Positions 9,768 through 19,610 of a stretch of 64,000 nt of DNA are shown piece after piece. This DNA comes from a bacterium (GTDB lineage: Bacteria; Bacteroidota; Ignavibacteria; UBA10030): NCBI GenBank assembly GCA_043803945.1, contig JAZDJN010000111.1:11811-75810 (forward strand), in the 5' to 3' direction. Position 1 is the stretch's first letter. Every line of letters starts with the position of its first letter. The notes below the pieces were generated by a model. The model saw only the letters and a program-made list of their open reading frames with translations, had not been told where the DNA came from and ran no database searches. Both the position numbers and the translations under genes were made by a program.

Positions 9768-11819
9768 TTAATAGGCGGCAAGCTGTTCCAGTGCGGCGAG
9801 AATTTTCGCTTCATTCGGCAGCATGGCATTCTCCAGCGGCGGGCTGTAGGGAACCGGAGTGTCCAGGGCAGCAACACGCATCACCGGACCGTCGAGCGAT
9901 TCAAAGCACTCATCAGCGATGCATGCAGCAATCTCTGCTCCAAATCCGGCAGTGAGTGTGTCCTCATGTGCAATGAGAACTTTGCCGGTCTTTCTCACCG
10001 AGGTAAAGATTGTTTCGATATCCAACGGATTAATTGTCCGGAGATCAATCACCTCAACACTGATTCCTCGTTCGTCCATTTTCCTGGCTGCTTCAAGCGA
10101 TTTCTGGACCAGTGCACCGTATGTGATAATCGTGATATCGGTACCGGGCCGGCGGATTGCGGCAATCCCAAAGGGAAGCACATAATTCTCATCCGGTTCC
10201 AGGCTCGATGCATATCCCTGCCGGTAGAGGCCTTTATGCTCCATAAAAATCACCGGGTCGTCGCCGCGAATGGCGGCCTTCAGAAGGCCTTTTGCATCGG
10301 CGGCATTGGATGGATAGGCAAGGCGAATCCCCGGAAGATGCGCCATGATACTTTCGATATTCTGACTATGGTAATGCCCGCCGTGAATATAACCCCCGAT
10401 GGGTACGCGGATGACCATTGGGCAAGACCATGTGTTATTCGACCGATAGCGATACATTGAAATTTCGTCGCGCAGTTGCATGAATCCCGGCCAGATGTAA
10501 TCTCCGAATTGGATCTCCGGAACGGGTTTCCATCCTTTCAATGCCAATCCTGTTGCCACACCAATAATACTCGCCTCGGCCAGCGGCGAGTTGAACGCGC
10601 GCTCGTTTCCAAACTTTGTTGAGATCCCTTTCGTCGCTGTAAAAACTCCTCCCTTGCCATCGGCAACATCTTCCCCGAAGAGAATCATTTTCGGATTCCG
10701 TTCCATCTCTTCCTTGAGGGCGTGGTTGATAGCATCGACGAGCACGACCTTTGGACCGGAATGTTCGGGTTCCGTAAAATTCTTTGGGGGTTTCGCGTGC
10801 GATTCACCATAGACATAGAGAGACACCGTGGAAGGATCGGGTAATGGACGGGATTCTGCCCACTCGGCTGCAACATCTACTTCTTTCTTCACTTCTTCCT
10901 GAAGTTCCAGAGCTTTAGTAGCAGTCAACAGTCCCTTCTCGATTAGATACTTTGTCATCAGCGGAATCGGATCACGCTTGCGATCCTGTTCGATCTCTTC
11001 CTTGCTTCGATACTTAGATTGGTCATCAGACGATGAGTGAGGAAGCAATCGGACAACGTGTGCATGAATCAAACTCGGCCCTTCGCCCTTCCGTGCACGA
11101 GCTACAGCTTTCTTCATCGCATCAAATGTTTCAATGAAATTCGTACCGTCAATCTCATTACAATCGAGTCCCTTGAATCCTGATACTGCTTCGGAGATTG
11201 ATGCACCGGCAGTTTGACGTTTTACGGGAACAGAGATGGCATACTTGTTATCCTGGATAACGAAGATGACGGGAAATGCATCGCGGGCGGCCCAATTCAC
11301 CGCCTCAAAGAATTCGCCTTCGCTTGTTGTCCCTTCGCCTGAAGAAACATAGACAACTTCATCGGTTCCCTCTTTCCTGGCAGCCATGGCTACACCAACG
11401 GCTTGTAAGAACTGCGTACCGGTTGGGCTCGATTGCGTGGGGATCCGAAGATCTATGCGCCCGTAGTGACCCTGAGGTTGACGGCCTCCGGTTGCAGGAT
11501 CTTCAGCGCGGTGGAGTGAGATGAGGAAGATTTCTTCCGGTGTCATACCGAGATGCATCGCGAATGCCTGATCACGGTAGTAAGGAAATGCCCAATCGTG
11601 TTTTGGCCTGAGTGCAGCGGCAGCGGCAACCTGTGCCGCCTCATGACCAGAACCTCCGATATGGAAAAACGATTTACCCTGCTTGAGTAAAATGAGAATT
11701 TTCTCATCTGTCCTGCGGGCAATCAGCATAGTGCGATAGGCTCTGAGCAGTTCCTTATGTGATAGCTCAATTCCGGACGTGTTTTTCGATGCCACCTCGG
11801 ATTGCATCGCCATCCTCAC
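9768..11819 (-). CDS. 2-oxoacid (probably 2-oxoisovalerate) dehydrogenase E1, fused alpha-beta
   Basis: GEGTTSEG..N TPP motif, PHSSSDD, beta part with GEDV, EIQFGDY and GGHYHSQ. Confidence 0.9.
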   Translation of the reverse strand: MRMAMQSEVASKNTSGIELSHKELLRAYRTMLIARRTDEKILILLKQGKSFFHIGGSGHEAAQVAAAAALRPKHDWAFPYYRDQAFAMHLGMTPEEIFLISLHRAEDPATGGRQPQGHYGRIDLRIPTQSSPTGTQFLQAVGVAMAARKEGTDEVVYVSSGEGTTSEGEFFEAVNWAARDAFPVIFVIQDNKYAISVPVKRQTAGASISEAVSGFKGLDCNEIDGTNFIETFDAMKKAVARARKGEGPSLIHAHVVRLLPHSSSDDQSKYRSKEEIEQDRKRDPIPLMTKYLIEKGLLTATKALELQEEVKKEVDVAAEWAESRPLPDPSTVSLYVYGESHAKPPKNFTEPEHSGPKVVLVDAINHALKEEMERNPKMILFGEDVADGKGGVFTATKGISTKFGNERAFNSPLAEASIIGVATGLALKGWKPVPEIQFGDYIWPGFMQLRDEISMYRYRSNNTWSCPMVIRVPIGGYIHGGHYHSQNIESIMAHLPGIRLAYPSNAADAKGLLKAAIRGDDPVIFMEHKGLYRQGYASSLEPDENYVLPFGIAAIRRPGTDITIITYGALVQKSLEAARKMDERGISVEVIDLRTINPLDIETIFTSVRKTGKVLIAHEDTLTAGFGAEIAACIADECFESLDGPVMRVAALDTPVPYSPPLENAMLPNEAKILAALEQLAAY

Positions 11820-11884
11820 TTTTCTCCTTCAACCATTTATGGAATTGTAAAAACACTCCTATACTGTTTTTTCGTATTCACTCA

Positions 11885-12027
11885 GCCACTGACGCTCACC
11901 TGCCCGCCTGTGCAGATACTTCAGTGGCAGGCGGGGAGCACACAGAGAAATGAAAATTACTAGATGTTTGACAGCGAGAGTCCAAAAAAATAGTGAAAAA
12001 CCTCTGTGCTCTCCGTGTCTCGGTGGC
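11885..12027. repeat. CAC-N-GAG arm hairpin element with nested palindromic insert
   Basis: Left arm GCCACTGACGCTCA[insert 11899-11935]GAGCACACAGAG; right arm CTCTGTGCTCTCCGTGTCTCGGTGGC. Confidence 0.7.
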
Positions 12028-12056
12028 AATTGCTTGGGTACACTGAGCAATTATGA

Positions 12057-12830
12057 TTATTCAATTCTTTGACCGGCTTCGATTTCTCGTTCAAGCCGCT
12101 GAAGGCGATCTTCCAACTCAACCGGAGAAATTGCTTTTATTTCACACTTGAAGACGTTCGAAAACGAGTTCACCAGTTTATCCTGAACTTCTTCGAGAGG
12201 GATTGCATTGCCAAGAATTCTTTGCAGCGATGTTACCCCTTTGTGGAAGATGCCGCAGGGGATAATCCTGTCAAACTTGGTAAGATCGGTATTGACGTTG
12301 AATGCAAATCCGTGCATCGTTCTCCAACGACTGACTTTTACACCAATTGCCGCTATCTTTTCTCCATTCACCCAGACTCCGGTCATGCCTTCTTCTCTCC
12401 CAGCAGTGAGGCGGTACTCATTCAGAGTGTGGATCATCATTTCTTCAAGATTCCGTAAGTAGAGATGCACATCCGGTGTATGATCGTTCAGGTTGAGCAA
12501 AGGGTAGCCAACGATTTGACCCGGCCCATGGTAGGTAATATCTCCACCCCGATCGATACGGAACACCACAATACCGTTAATCCGCAATTCGTTTTCGGAA
12601 GCGAGTAAATGATTCTCATCTCCCCCTTTGCCAATCGTATAGACATGGTTGTGCTCTGTCAGAAGGAACACATCCTCAAAATGGCCATCGAGCTGGAGCT
12701 TAAAGATTCTTCGTTGAAGATTCCAGGCATCGGCGTAATGTGTCCGGCCAAGATAACAGAGGGTTACAATCATTTCCAATTTTCCCATTTGCAGATACTC
12801 ATGCTTGCTCTCCTGGAAAATACTCAACAT
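12057..12830 (-). CDS. lipB: Lipoyl(octanoyl) transferase
   Basis: RGGDITYHGPGQ, KIAAIG, HGFAFN and IPCG; true start may be a downstream Met. Confidence 0.94.
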   Translation of the reverse strand: MLSIFQESKHEYLQMGKLEMIVTLCYLGRTHYADAWNLQRRIFKLQLDGHFEDVFLLTEHNHVYTIGKGGDENHLLASENELRINGIVVFRIDRGGDITYHGPGQIVGYPLLNLNDHTPDVHLYLRNLEEMMIHTLNEYRLTAGREEGMTGVWVNGEKIAAIGVKVSRWRTMHGFAFNVNTDLTKFDRIIPCGIFHKGVTSLQRILGNAIPLEEVQDKLVNSFSNVFKCEIKAISPVELEDRLQRLEREIEAGQRIE

Positions 12831-12895
12831 GCAATCGAGTACACACTCAGAAATATTTCAGGAGCAGTCCTGCTAAGAACCTTCTCCTCCGCACA

Positions 12896-14296
12896 CTAAA
12901 TGTGAATTGCCTTTCCAAAAGCATCTCCTGCGGCTTCCATAATTGCTTCAGAGAGCGTTGGATGTGCATGCATCGTCCGATGAATTTCTTCGTACGTCGT
13001 CTCGAGTGTTCGTGCGAGACCCAATTCGGCGATCATTTCGGTTGCTTCAGCACCAAGAATATGTGCACCTAACAATTCACCATACTTCTCATCGAAGACG
13101 AGCTTTACTAATCCTTCGCTCTCTCCAATTGCCATGGCTTTGCCCAGTGGACGGAAGGGGAAACGCCCCACCTTCACTTTATAACCGGCGGCAATGGCCT
13201 CTTCTTCAGTCATCCCTACACTTGCCACCTGCGGCTGGCAATAGGTACAACCGGGAATGTTTGATCGGTCAAAACCGTGGGAAGTTTTATTGGCCAGATG
13301 TTCGACAGCAACAATTCCCTGGTTCGAGGCAGCGTGAGCAAGCCATGGAGCACCGGAAACATCACCGATCGCATAGATTGTCTCTATAGAGGTTTTTCCA
13401 AATTTATCGACTACGACGGATCCACGCTCGACCTTCACACCGAGACTTTCCAGCCCGAGGTTCTCGACATTTCCCATCACACCAACGGCCATCAAGGCAA
13501 CATCGCCTGTGAGTTCTTTCGGACCCTCTTGTGAAGTAACTTTCACTGTTACTTGATCTCCGACGGTTACACCTTCCACTTTGGTGTTCGTCAGAATTTC
13601 GATGCCTTGTTTCTTCAGGCTCGTTTCAAGAAGCCTGGTGATCTCTTTATCCTCTTTTGGAAGAAGCGAGGGGAGCATTTCAACGATGGTTACTTTGGTT
13701 CCAAACGAGTTATAGAAGTATGCAAATTCAACGCCGATTGCTCCTCCCCCAATGACCAGCATCGATTTGGGCTGTTCGGGCAACGTCATCGCTTCGGTGC
13801 TGGTGATGATTTTCTTCCGGTCGATGGCCACCCCGGGAATGGTTCGAGGACGGCCGCCAGTGGCGAGAATTGTAAATTTTGTTTTGATGATCTCGGTCAC
13901 GGCTCCATTTTGTGTAACCTCAATAAAATTCTTTGAAGTGAGTTTTGCCGTTCCCGCGATGACCTCGATCTTATTTTTTTTCATCAGGTATTCGACACCT
14001 TTGGAAATTCTCTCAGCAACACTGCGGCTGCGTTTGATAATTTTCGAAAAATCAAAGGTGAGGTCTTTGTAGGAAAAACCGAATTCTTCTGCACGTTTGA
14101 ATTGGTTGTATAGTTCGGCGCTTTTTAAGAGAGCCTTTGAGGGGATACAACCCCAATTGAGGCAGATTCCGCCAAGTTTATCACGTTCGACAAGGCCTAC
14201 TTTCATCCCTAATTGTGCAGCACGGATAGCCGCGACATACCCTCCCGGTCCGCTTCCAATAATTGTCACATCAAATTGTTTTTCAGCCATTGTCAT
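12896..14296 (-). CDS. lpdA: Dihydrolipoyl dehydrogenase (E3)
   Basis: GSGPGGYVAA, GGICLNWGCIPSK and HPTLSE. Confidence 0.96.
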   Translation of the reverse strand: MTMAEKQFDVTIIGSGPGGYVAAIRAAQLGMKVGLVERDKLGGICLNWGCIPSKALLKSAELYNQFKRAEEFGFSYKDLTFDFSKIIKRSRSVAERISKGVEYLMKKNKIEVIAGTAKLTSKNFIEVTQNGAVTEIIKTKFTILATGGRPRTIPGVAIDRKKIITSTEAMTLPEQPKSMLVIGGGAIGVEFAYFYNSFGTKVTIVEMLPSLLPKEDKEITRLLETSLKKQGIEILTNTKVEGVTVGDQVTVKVTSQEGPKELTGDVALMAVGVMGNVENLGLESLGVKVERGSVVVDKFGKTSIETIYAIGDVSGAPWLAHAASNQGIVAVEHLANKTSHGFDRSNIPGCTYCQPQVASVGMTEEEAIAAGYKVKVGRFPFRPLGKAMAIGESEGLVKLVFDEKYGELLGAHILGAEATEMIAELGLARTLETTYEEIHRTMHAHPTLSEAIMEAAGDAFGKAIHI

Positions 14297-14366
14297 CCTT
14301 TCAAGAATAGAATAGCCTGCTATAATCGTTATTCACGTTTCGCTCTACTCAAGAGACTTTTGTAGA

Positions 14367-14395
14367 AATATAGCCAGAACTGTTTCTAAAGGCAA
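14367..14395 (-). promoter_or_regulatory. Putative promoter of the lpdA cluster
   Basis: TTGCCT-17nt-TATATT on the minus strand. Confidence 0.55.
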
Positions 14396-14666
14396 TGAAC
14401 GCTTGCTGGCTGGCATGGATCGAAACGAACCAGTGAGACGAGAGCAAGCGGACTCATCCATCACACTGTTGCATCATACGCCTTCCTGGGTTACTGTGTA
14501 AATTCATGCCTTCGCTGATAACATCTTCAATAATTCAACACACACAGAGGCGCTTCTTGTTCCGCTGTTCATCCATAGATGCAGGAGAAATATATTCTTC
14601 GTTTCCGGAAATACTCATTGATTATCTTTCACTTTTCACGTACTATAATAAAAAATTTTCCGTGAG

Positions 14667-15131
14667 ATGGCTGAAAACAAAGAGCGTGTTGTCGTCTCCA
14701 ATCGAAAGGCTCGACACGATTATCACATACTCGAGACGATGGAAGCCGGTATTGTCCTCACCGGAACCGAAGTAAAATCGGTGCGGAAGGGCAATGCCAA
14801 TCTCCAGGACAGTTACGCATCGATCAAGAATGGGGAAGTCTGGCTCATTGGTATGCATATCAGCCCTTATGAACAAGGCAGCATCTATAACCATGAACCC
14901 CGGCGAACACGGAAACTTCTGCTCGCACGGAGGGAGATTCGGCGGTTGCTGACCAGAGTGCAGGAAAAAGGTCTTTCCCTGATCCCATTGGCGGTTTATT
15001 TCAAAGGGCCTTATGCAAAAGTGGAACTTTCGATCGCGCAGGGCAAGAAATCGTATGATAAGCGGGAAGCTATTAAGCAGCGTGATGCAAAACGCGAGAT
15101 TGCACAGCATTTAAAAAGATCAACTTCATAG
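14667..15131 (+). CDS. smpB: SsrA-binding protein
   Basis: NRKARHDY, GIVLTGTEVKS and GKKSYDKRE. Confidence 0.97.
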   Translation: MAENKERVVVSNRKARHDYHILETMEAGIVLTGTEVKSVRKGNANLQDSYASIKNGEVWLIGMHISPYEQGSIYNHEPRRTRKLLLARREIRRLLTRVQEKGLSLIPLAVYFKGPYAKVELSIAQGKKSYDKREAIKQRDAKREIAQHLKRSTS

Positions 15132-15149
15132 AGGAGCGGCACCCAGAAA

Positions 15150-16367
15150 TTGTTCCCACCACTACATGAACAGATGGATCTCATCAAACGGGGCTCGTTT
15201 GAGATTATTCCAGAAGAAGACCTCGTTAAAAAGATTGAGAAATCCATTGCCACTGCGAAGGCTTTACGCGTCAAGCTCGGCTGTGATCCGAGCCGGCCCG
15301 ATCTCCATCTCGGCCATTCTGTAGTTCTTCGAAAACTCAGGCAATTCCAAGACCTAGGCCATCAAGCGATTTTGATTATCGGTGATTTTACCGGCATGAT
15401 CGGTGACCCGTCGGGAATAAATAAAACACGCCCCTCCCTTTCGCTGGAGGAGACACATCAAAATGGCCAATCGTACTTTGAGCAGGCCACAAAAATTCTC
15501 TCCACCAAGAATGTCCGGATGGAATATAATTCTACCTGGCTTGGGAAAATGAGTTTTGCCGATGTAATTTTACTCGCAAGTAAATACACCGTCGCTCGTA
15601 TGCTCGAACGGGATGATTTCACCAATCGCTACAAAGCCGGTGAACCGATCAGCGTGCATGAATTCCTCTATCCTCTCGCTCAGGCTATGGACTCCGTTGC
15701 CATTGAAGCGGACATTGAGTTGGGAGGCACAGATCAGAAGTTCAATCTTTTAGTTGGACGCGACATCCAGCGGGAATATGGCCTCGAACCCCAGGTGATT
15801 CTGACGATGCCGATCCTGGCTGGAACCGACGGTGTCGATAAGATGAGCAAATCGCTTGATAACTATATTGGGATTAATGAGACGTCAAAAGAGATTTACG
15901 GGAAGACGCTAAGGATCCCCGATAAACTCATCTATTCCTACTTTGAACTGGCAAGCGACACATCCAATGAGGAGTTGCTCAAGTTAAAAAAACAGCTTGC
16001 CGATCCAGAGGTGAATCCTCGAGATATCAAACGTCAGTTGGCCCGAACCTTCGTTCGAATGTACTATAGTGCCGAAATAGCTGCTCGTGCTGAAACGGAA
16101 TTTGACAGGATCTTTATTCAAAAAGAAATCCCTGATATCGTGGAAGAATTTGTTCTTTCCGTCGATAGCGGCATCACCACTATCGCGGCGCTGCTGGCAC
16201 TGGTGAAACTTGCTTCCTCAAAGAGTGAAGCGCGACGGTTAATCGATCAGGGGGGCGTTTCCATTGACGGTTTGAAAATTACCTCTGTGAATTCCCCTCT
16301 CCCGGAAAAGCCAGCCTACATTCTTAAAGTAGGAAAACGAAAATTCTTAAAAATCATTCAACAATAA
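15150..16367 (+). CDS. tyrS: Tyrosine--tRNA ligase
   Basis: HLGH and KMSKS motifs, GGTDQ and a C-terminal S4 domain; TTG start. Confidence 0.96.
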   Translation: MFPPLHEQMDLIKRGSFEIIPEEDLVKKIEKSIATAKALRVKLGCDPSRPDLHLGHSVVLRKLRQFQDLGHQAILIIGDFTGMIGDPSGINKTRPSLSLEETHQNGQSYFEQATKILSTKNVRMEYNSTWLGKMSFADVILLASKYTVARMLERDDFTNRYKAGEPISVHEFLYPLAQAMDSVAIEADIELGGTDQKFNLLVGRDIQREYGLEPQVILTMPILAGTDGVDKMSKSLDNYIGINETSKEIYGKTLRIPDKLIYSYFELASDTSNEELLKLKKQLADPEVNPRDIKRQLARTFVRMYYSAEIAARAETEFDRIFIQKEIPDIVEEFVLSVDSGITTIAALLALVKLASSKSEARRLIDQGGVSIDGLKITSVNSPLPEKPAYILKVGKRKFLKIIQQ

Positions 16368-16397
16368 TATCGGAACCACCGAGAGGGAGATGAGACA

Positions 16398-16943
16398 GTG
16401 TTCGTCCCAACTAAAATATTCTTCACCAAAGGAGTCGGCAGGCATAAAGACTATCTGCAATCGTTCGAGCTGGCGTTACGCGATGCGGGCATAGAGATCT
16501 GCAACCTCGTAAGTGTCTCGAGTATCTATCCGCCGAATTGCAAACGGATCAGCAAAGAAGAGGGTTTGAAGCTGCTGCAGCCGGGTCAGATCACATTCTG
16601 CGTCATGGCGCGCAATGCGACGAACGAACCCAACCGATTGATTGCGGCTTCAATCGGAGTTGCACAACCTGCCGACGCAAGTATGTATGGCTATCTTTCC
16701 GAGCATCATCCTTTTGGCGAGACGGACGAGCGTGCAGGCGACTATTCGGAAGACCTGGCAGCAACGATGCTCGCTTCGACACTTGGCGTTGAATTCGATT
16801 CGAATACTGCATGGGATGAGCGTGAAAAGATGTTTAAAATGTCGGGCAAGATCGTTCGCACCTTTAATGTCACTCAATCGGCCGAGGGTGACAAGAATGG
16901 TTTGTGGACGACGGTTGTCGGTGTCGCCGTCCTGCTCCCTTGA
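16398..16943 (+). CDS. pdaD: Pyruvoyl-dependent arginine decarboxylase
   Basis: [19 protein letters not shown] self-cleavage site and GYLSEHH. Confidence 0.88.
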   Translation: MFVPTKIFFTKGVGRHKDYLQSFELALRDAGIEICNLVSVSSIYPPNCKRISKEEGLKLLQPGQITFCVMARNATNEPNRLIAASIGVAQPADASMYGYLSEHHPFGETDERAGDYSEDLAATMLASTLGVEFDSNTAWDEREKMFKMSGKIVRTFNVTQSAEGDKNGLWTTVVGVAVLLP

Positions 16944-16964
16944 TATGCGCTTTCCTTACCGCAT

Positions 16965-16995
16965 AAAAAAGCCTTCCATGCGGAAGGCTTTTTTT
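16965..16995. terminator. Bidirectional intrinsic terminator
   Basis: AAAAAAGCCTTCC-ATGC-GGAAGGCTTTTTTT between convergent genes. Confidence 0.85.
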
Positions 16996-17013
16996 AGAAC
17001 ACTGTTGCTCTGG

Positions 17014-17691
17014 TCATGATTTTCCTTCAAGCACCACCACAAATTCTCCTTTCATCTTCGATCGAGAAAATTCCTTAAAGAGCGTTGGTCCCGTTCCATA
17101 ATAGATTTTTTCCGTTGGCAAGGTAATATCGAAAGCCACACACAATCTGCGTGATTCTCCAAAGACCTCGGCAATATCCCGAATCAACTGTGTCAATCGG
17201 TAAGGCGCATCCATCAGCACTACCGTGCGCGATTCCCTCCTGAGACCATGGAGCTGCGCGATGCGTTTCTCTTTCTTCGGAGAAAGGAAACCCTGGAACA
17301 CGAATTCGTCGATCTCGAATCCGGAGACAATTAACGCAGGGAGGAGTGATGAAGCACCAGGAACCGGCACAATCCGAATTCCTGTTTTAATGGCCTTTTG
17401 GACGAGGAGTTGGCCAGGATCAGAAAATACGGGAGTACCGGCATCAGAAATCAGAGCGATAGATTTTCCCCGCTTCAACTCTTCCAAAATAATTTGTGAC
17501 GACTCTTCCTCGTTGTGCTCATTCAGACATTCGACAGGTTTCTCAATGTCGAAATGCCGCAGCAGACGGGAGCCCTCTTTTTTCTCTTCATAGACAACAA
17601 GGTCAATGGTCTTGAGTACTCGCAAAGCCCGAAAGGTGATATCCTCAAGATTTCCGATTGGTGTGGCAACAAGGTAGAGAGTACCGGTCAT
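17014..17691 (-). CDS. rsmI: 16S rRNA C1402 2'-O-methyltransferase
   Basis: LYLVATPIGNLEDITFRA, SDAGTP..SDPG and KGEFVVV. Confidence 0.93.
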   Translation of the reverse strand: MTGTLYLVATPIGNLEDITFRALRVLKTIDLVVYEEKKEGSRLLRHFDIEKPVECLNEHNEEESSQIILEELKRGKSIALISDAGTPVFSDPGQLLVQKAIKTGIRIVPVPGASSLLPALIVSGFEIDEFVFQGFLSPKKEKRIAQLHGLRRESRTVVLMDAPYRLTQLIRDIAEVFGESRRLCVAFDITLPTEKIYYGTGPTLFKEFSRSKMKGEFVVVLEGKS

Positions 17692-17703
17692 GGCGTTTTT
17701 CGA

Positions 17704-19008
17704 TCAGCTCTGTGAATGATATTTACTCAGCGGGATCCCCCGTTTATTGGCTTCCCATTCCCGTACGAGAAGAATGATCAGCGCTGTTGTTGGGACTGCA
17801 ATCAACAGTCCGAGGAAACCGAGGAAGAAATAGAAAACAAGGATTGAAAAGATGATAAGGAGGGGGTGCATCCCAACTTTCGTTCCCACGATTTTTGGTG
17901 ACAAGTACATCGTCTCGGCCAGACGCAAGCCCTCCACCCAGAGCATAACAAAGAGCACCTTTTCAAGCGTGTGTGTGTCGCTCATTGATGCAACAACGAT
18001 GGAGACTACCATCGTAATGATCAATCCAAAGTATGGTACAAGATCGAGAGCCGCCGCGAGAACACCGAGCATCAGTGAATATTTTATTCCGACGAGGGAG
18101 AAGGCAACAAACACCAAGATGCCCTGCAGGAAGGCAATCGTGAGGATTCCCCGCAAGTAAAGCCCAATGACCTGGTCGCCAAGTCGAGCATATTCAGAAA
18201 CCCGGTCACGATATATGTGCGGGATGAGATTGAGAATGAAGTGAATGATCTTGGGAAAGTCCGCGAGAATATAAAATGTGAGAAAAGGAACGAGCACAAC
18301 ATAGAAGATTTGAGTAACCAGTCCACCCACGCTGCTTATAAGGGTAATGATACTCTCGAAGAGATTCTTTAAAATATTCTCCAGCTTCGGCGCAAAACTG
18401 GTTTCGAGGGTCTTTCGTAACTCCTGCGATGAGATCCCATACTTCTGCAGCACTTTCACCGCTTCTCCATTCAAGAGCCAATTATTAAAATCAGAAAAGA
18501 GTTTTGAGAGTGAATCGAGTATCCCTTGAAATTGACTCAGCGCAACTGGTAGGACAAGGAACAGAATTAACGTGATGATCCCGATAAGGAGGAGTATGAG
18601 GATAAGTGCCGAGACCCACCGGGGTACTCCCCAGGTTTCGGTTTTATCAACAATGGGATTCATGACGTACGCAAGAACCATTGCAAAAACAAATGGAGCC
18701 AGCAATGAGGAAATCGTCACCACAAACCAGATGGCAAAAAGAATGACGCTTAACCACATGATTTTTTTGACGATGGAATAACCCCGCAGCGGAAAGAGCA
18801 GAAACAGAATTGCACCTAAAATCAGGAAGGGTGAAAGTATATTCTGAATCGTGTAAATCAGAAGTAAAAGGAGCAGGATCGCGCCGACGATCATCACCAG
18901 CTCAATCCCCCCCAGTGAATTGAACAGTGCATCCCACTGATAATCTTTCTCACCATTCTGTGCTACTGGTTCACTCTGTTCAACCGCTATTTTCTTCTTG
19001 CGTGCCAT
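17704..19008 (-). CDS. AI-2E family (PerM/UPF0118) transporter
   Basis: Multi-TM protein with LAYVMNP, VPYFG, GMHP and GLLIAVP; ATG 19008 follows the dut stop. Confidence 0.85.
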   Translation of the reverse strand: MARKKKIAVEQSEPVAQNGEKDYQWDALFNSLGGIELVMIVGAILLLLLLIYTIQNILSPFLILGAILFLLFPLRGYSIVKKIMWLSVILFAIWFVVTISSLLAPFVFAMVLAYVMNPIVDKTETWGVPRWVSALILILLLIGIITLILFLVLPVALSQFQGILDSLSKLFSDFNNWLLNGEAVKVLQKYGISSQELRKTLETSFAPKLENILKNLFESIITLISSVGGLVTQIFYVVLVPFLTFYILADFPKIIHFILNLIPHIYRDRVSEYARLGDQVIGLYLRGILTIAFLQGILVFVAFSLVGIKYSLMLGVLAAALDLVPYFGLIITMVVSIVVASMSDTHTLEKVLFVMLWVEGLRLAETMYLSPKIVGTKVGMHPLLIIFSILVFYFFLGFLGLLIAVPTTALIILLVREWEANKRGIPLSKYHSQS

Positions 19009-19009
19009 C

Positions 19010-19483
19010 TTACTCCCCTTTATGCATTGACTTGCCGGTATGCCCAAAACCACCAGCCCCCCGATCCGTTTCGGCAATCTGAGTGACCTCATCCCATGTC
19101 ACCCGTTCATAGCGGTGCACAACCATTTGAGCGATCCTATCGCCGTGTTTCAGGTGAAACGGCTGGGAGCTAAAATTCGTGAGTATGACTTTAATTTCTC
19201 CTCGATAATCGGAGTCGATCGTTCCCGGTGAATTCAAAATTCCGATGCCATGCTTGATCGCTAAACCGCTACGCGGCCGGACTTGCGCTTCAAATCCTTC
19301 CGGTAATTCAATCCGATACCCGGTCGGGATCAACTTTGTTTCGTTCGGTTGAATAATGATTTCTTCTTTCACCGCAGCAAACAGGTCCATTCCTGCCGAA
19401 CCTTCGGTCGCATAGGCCGGAAGCGGAAATTCGTTCTTCTTAGGATTGATACGGGCGATTTTTATTGTGATATGTTCGGACAC
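19010..19483 (-). CDS. dut: dUTP diphosphatase
   Basis: [23 protein letters not shown] and [10 protein letters not shown]. Confidence 0.96.
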   Translation of the reverse strand: MSEHITIKIARINPKKNEFPLPAYATEGSAGMDLFAAVKEEIIIQPNETKLIPTGYRIELPEGFEAQVRPRSGLAIKHGIGILNSPGTIDSDYRGEIKVILTNFSSQPFHLKHGDRIAQMVVHRYERVTWDEVTQIAETDRGAGGFGHTGKSMHKGE

Positions 19484-19516
19484 AATCTGCTTTCAAGGTT
19501 ACGGATGTGATATGCA

Positions 19517-19545
19517 AATATAACGAAGGGTGTATCTATTTGCAA
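19517..19545 (-). promoter_or_regulatory. Putative promoter of the dut operon
   Basis: TTGCAA-17nt-TATATT(TG) on the minus strand. Confidence 0.55.
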
Positions 19546-19556
19546 TGAACGTACAA

Positions 19557-19591
19557 GAAAAAGCCCCGACTCGAACATCAAAGCCGGGGCC
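19557..19591 (-). terminator. Intrinsic terminator after the anti-sigma gene
   Basis: GCCCCGGCTTTGA...TCGAGTCGGGGC followed by TTTTTC on the minus strand. Confidence 0.65.
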
Positions 19592-19610
19592 TGAAAATTC
19601 TTCTCAATGG

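Noticed and set aside
9768-11819. E1 alpha-beta fusion as a novelty
   Set aside because: Common in Bacteroidota and related phyla.
14300-14660. tmRNA or other ncRNA beside smpB
   Set aside because: No tRNA-like ends or tag reading frame were found; the region is largely explained by divergent promoters.
14643-15110. 155-aa minus-strand ORF
   Set aside because: Antisense shadow of smpB with no recognisable motifs.
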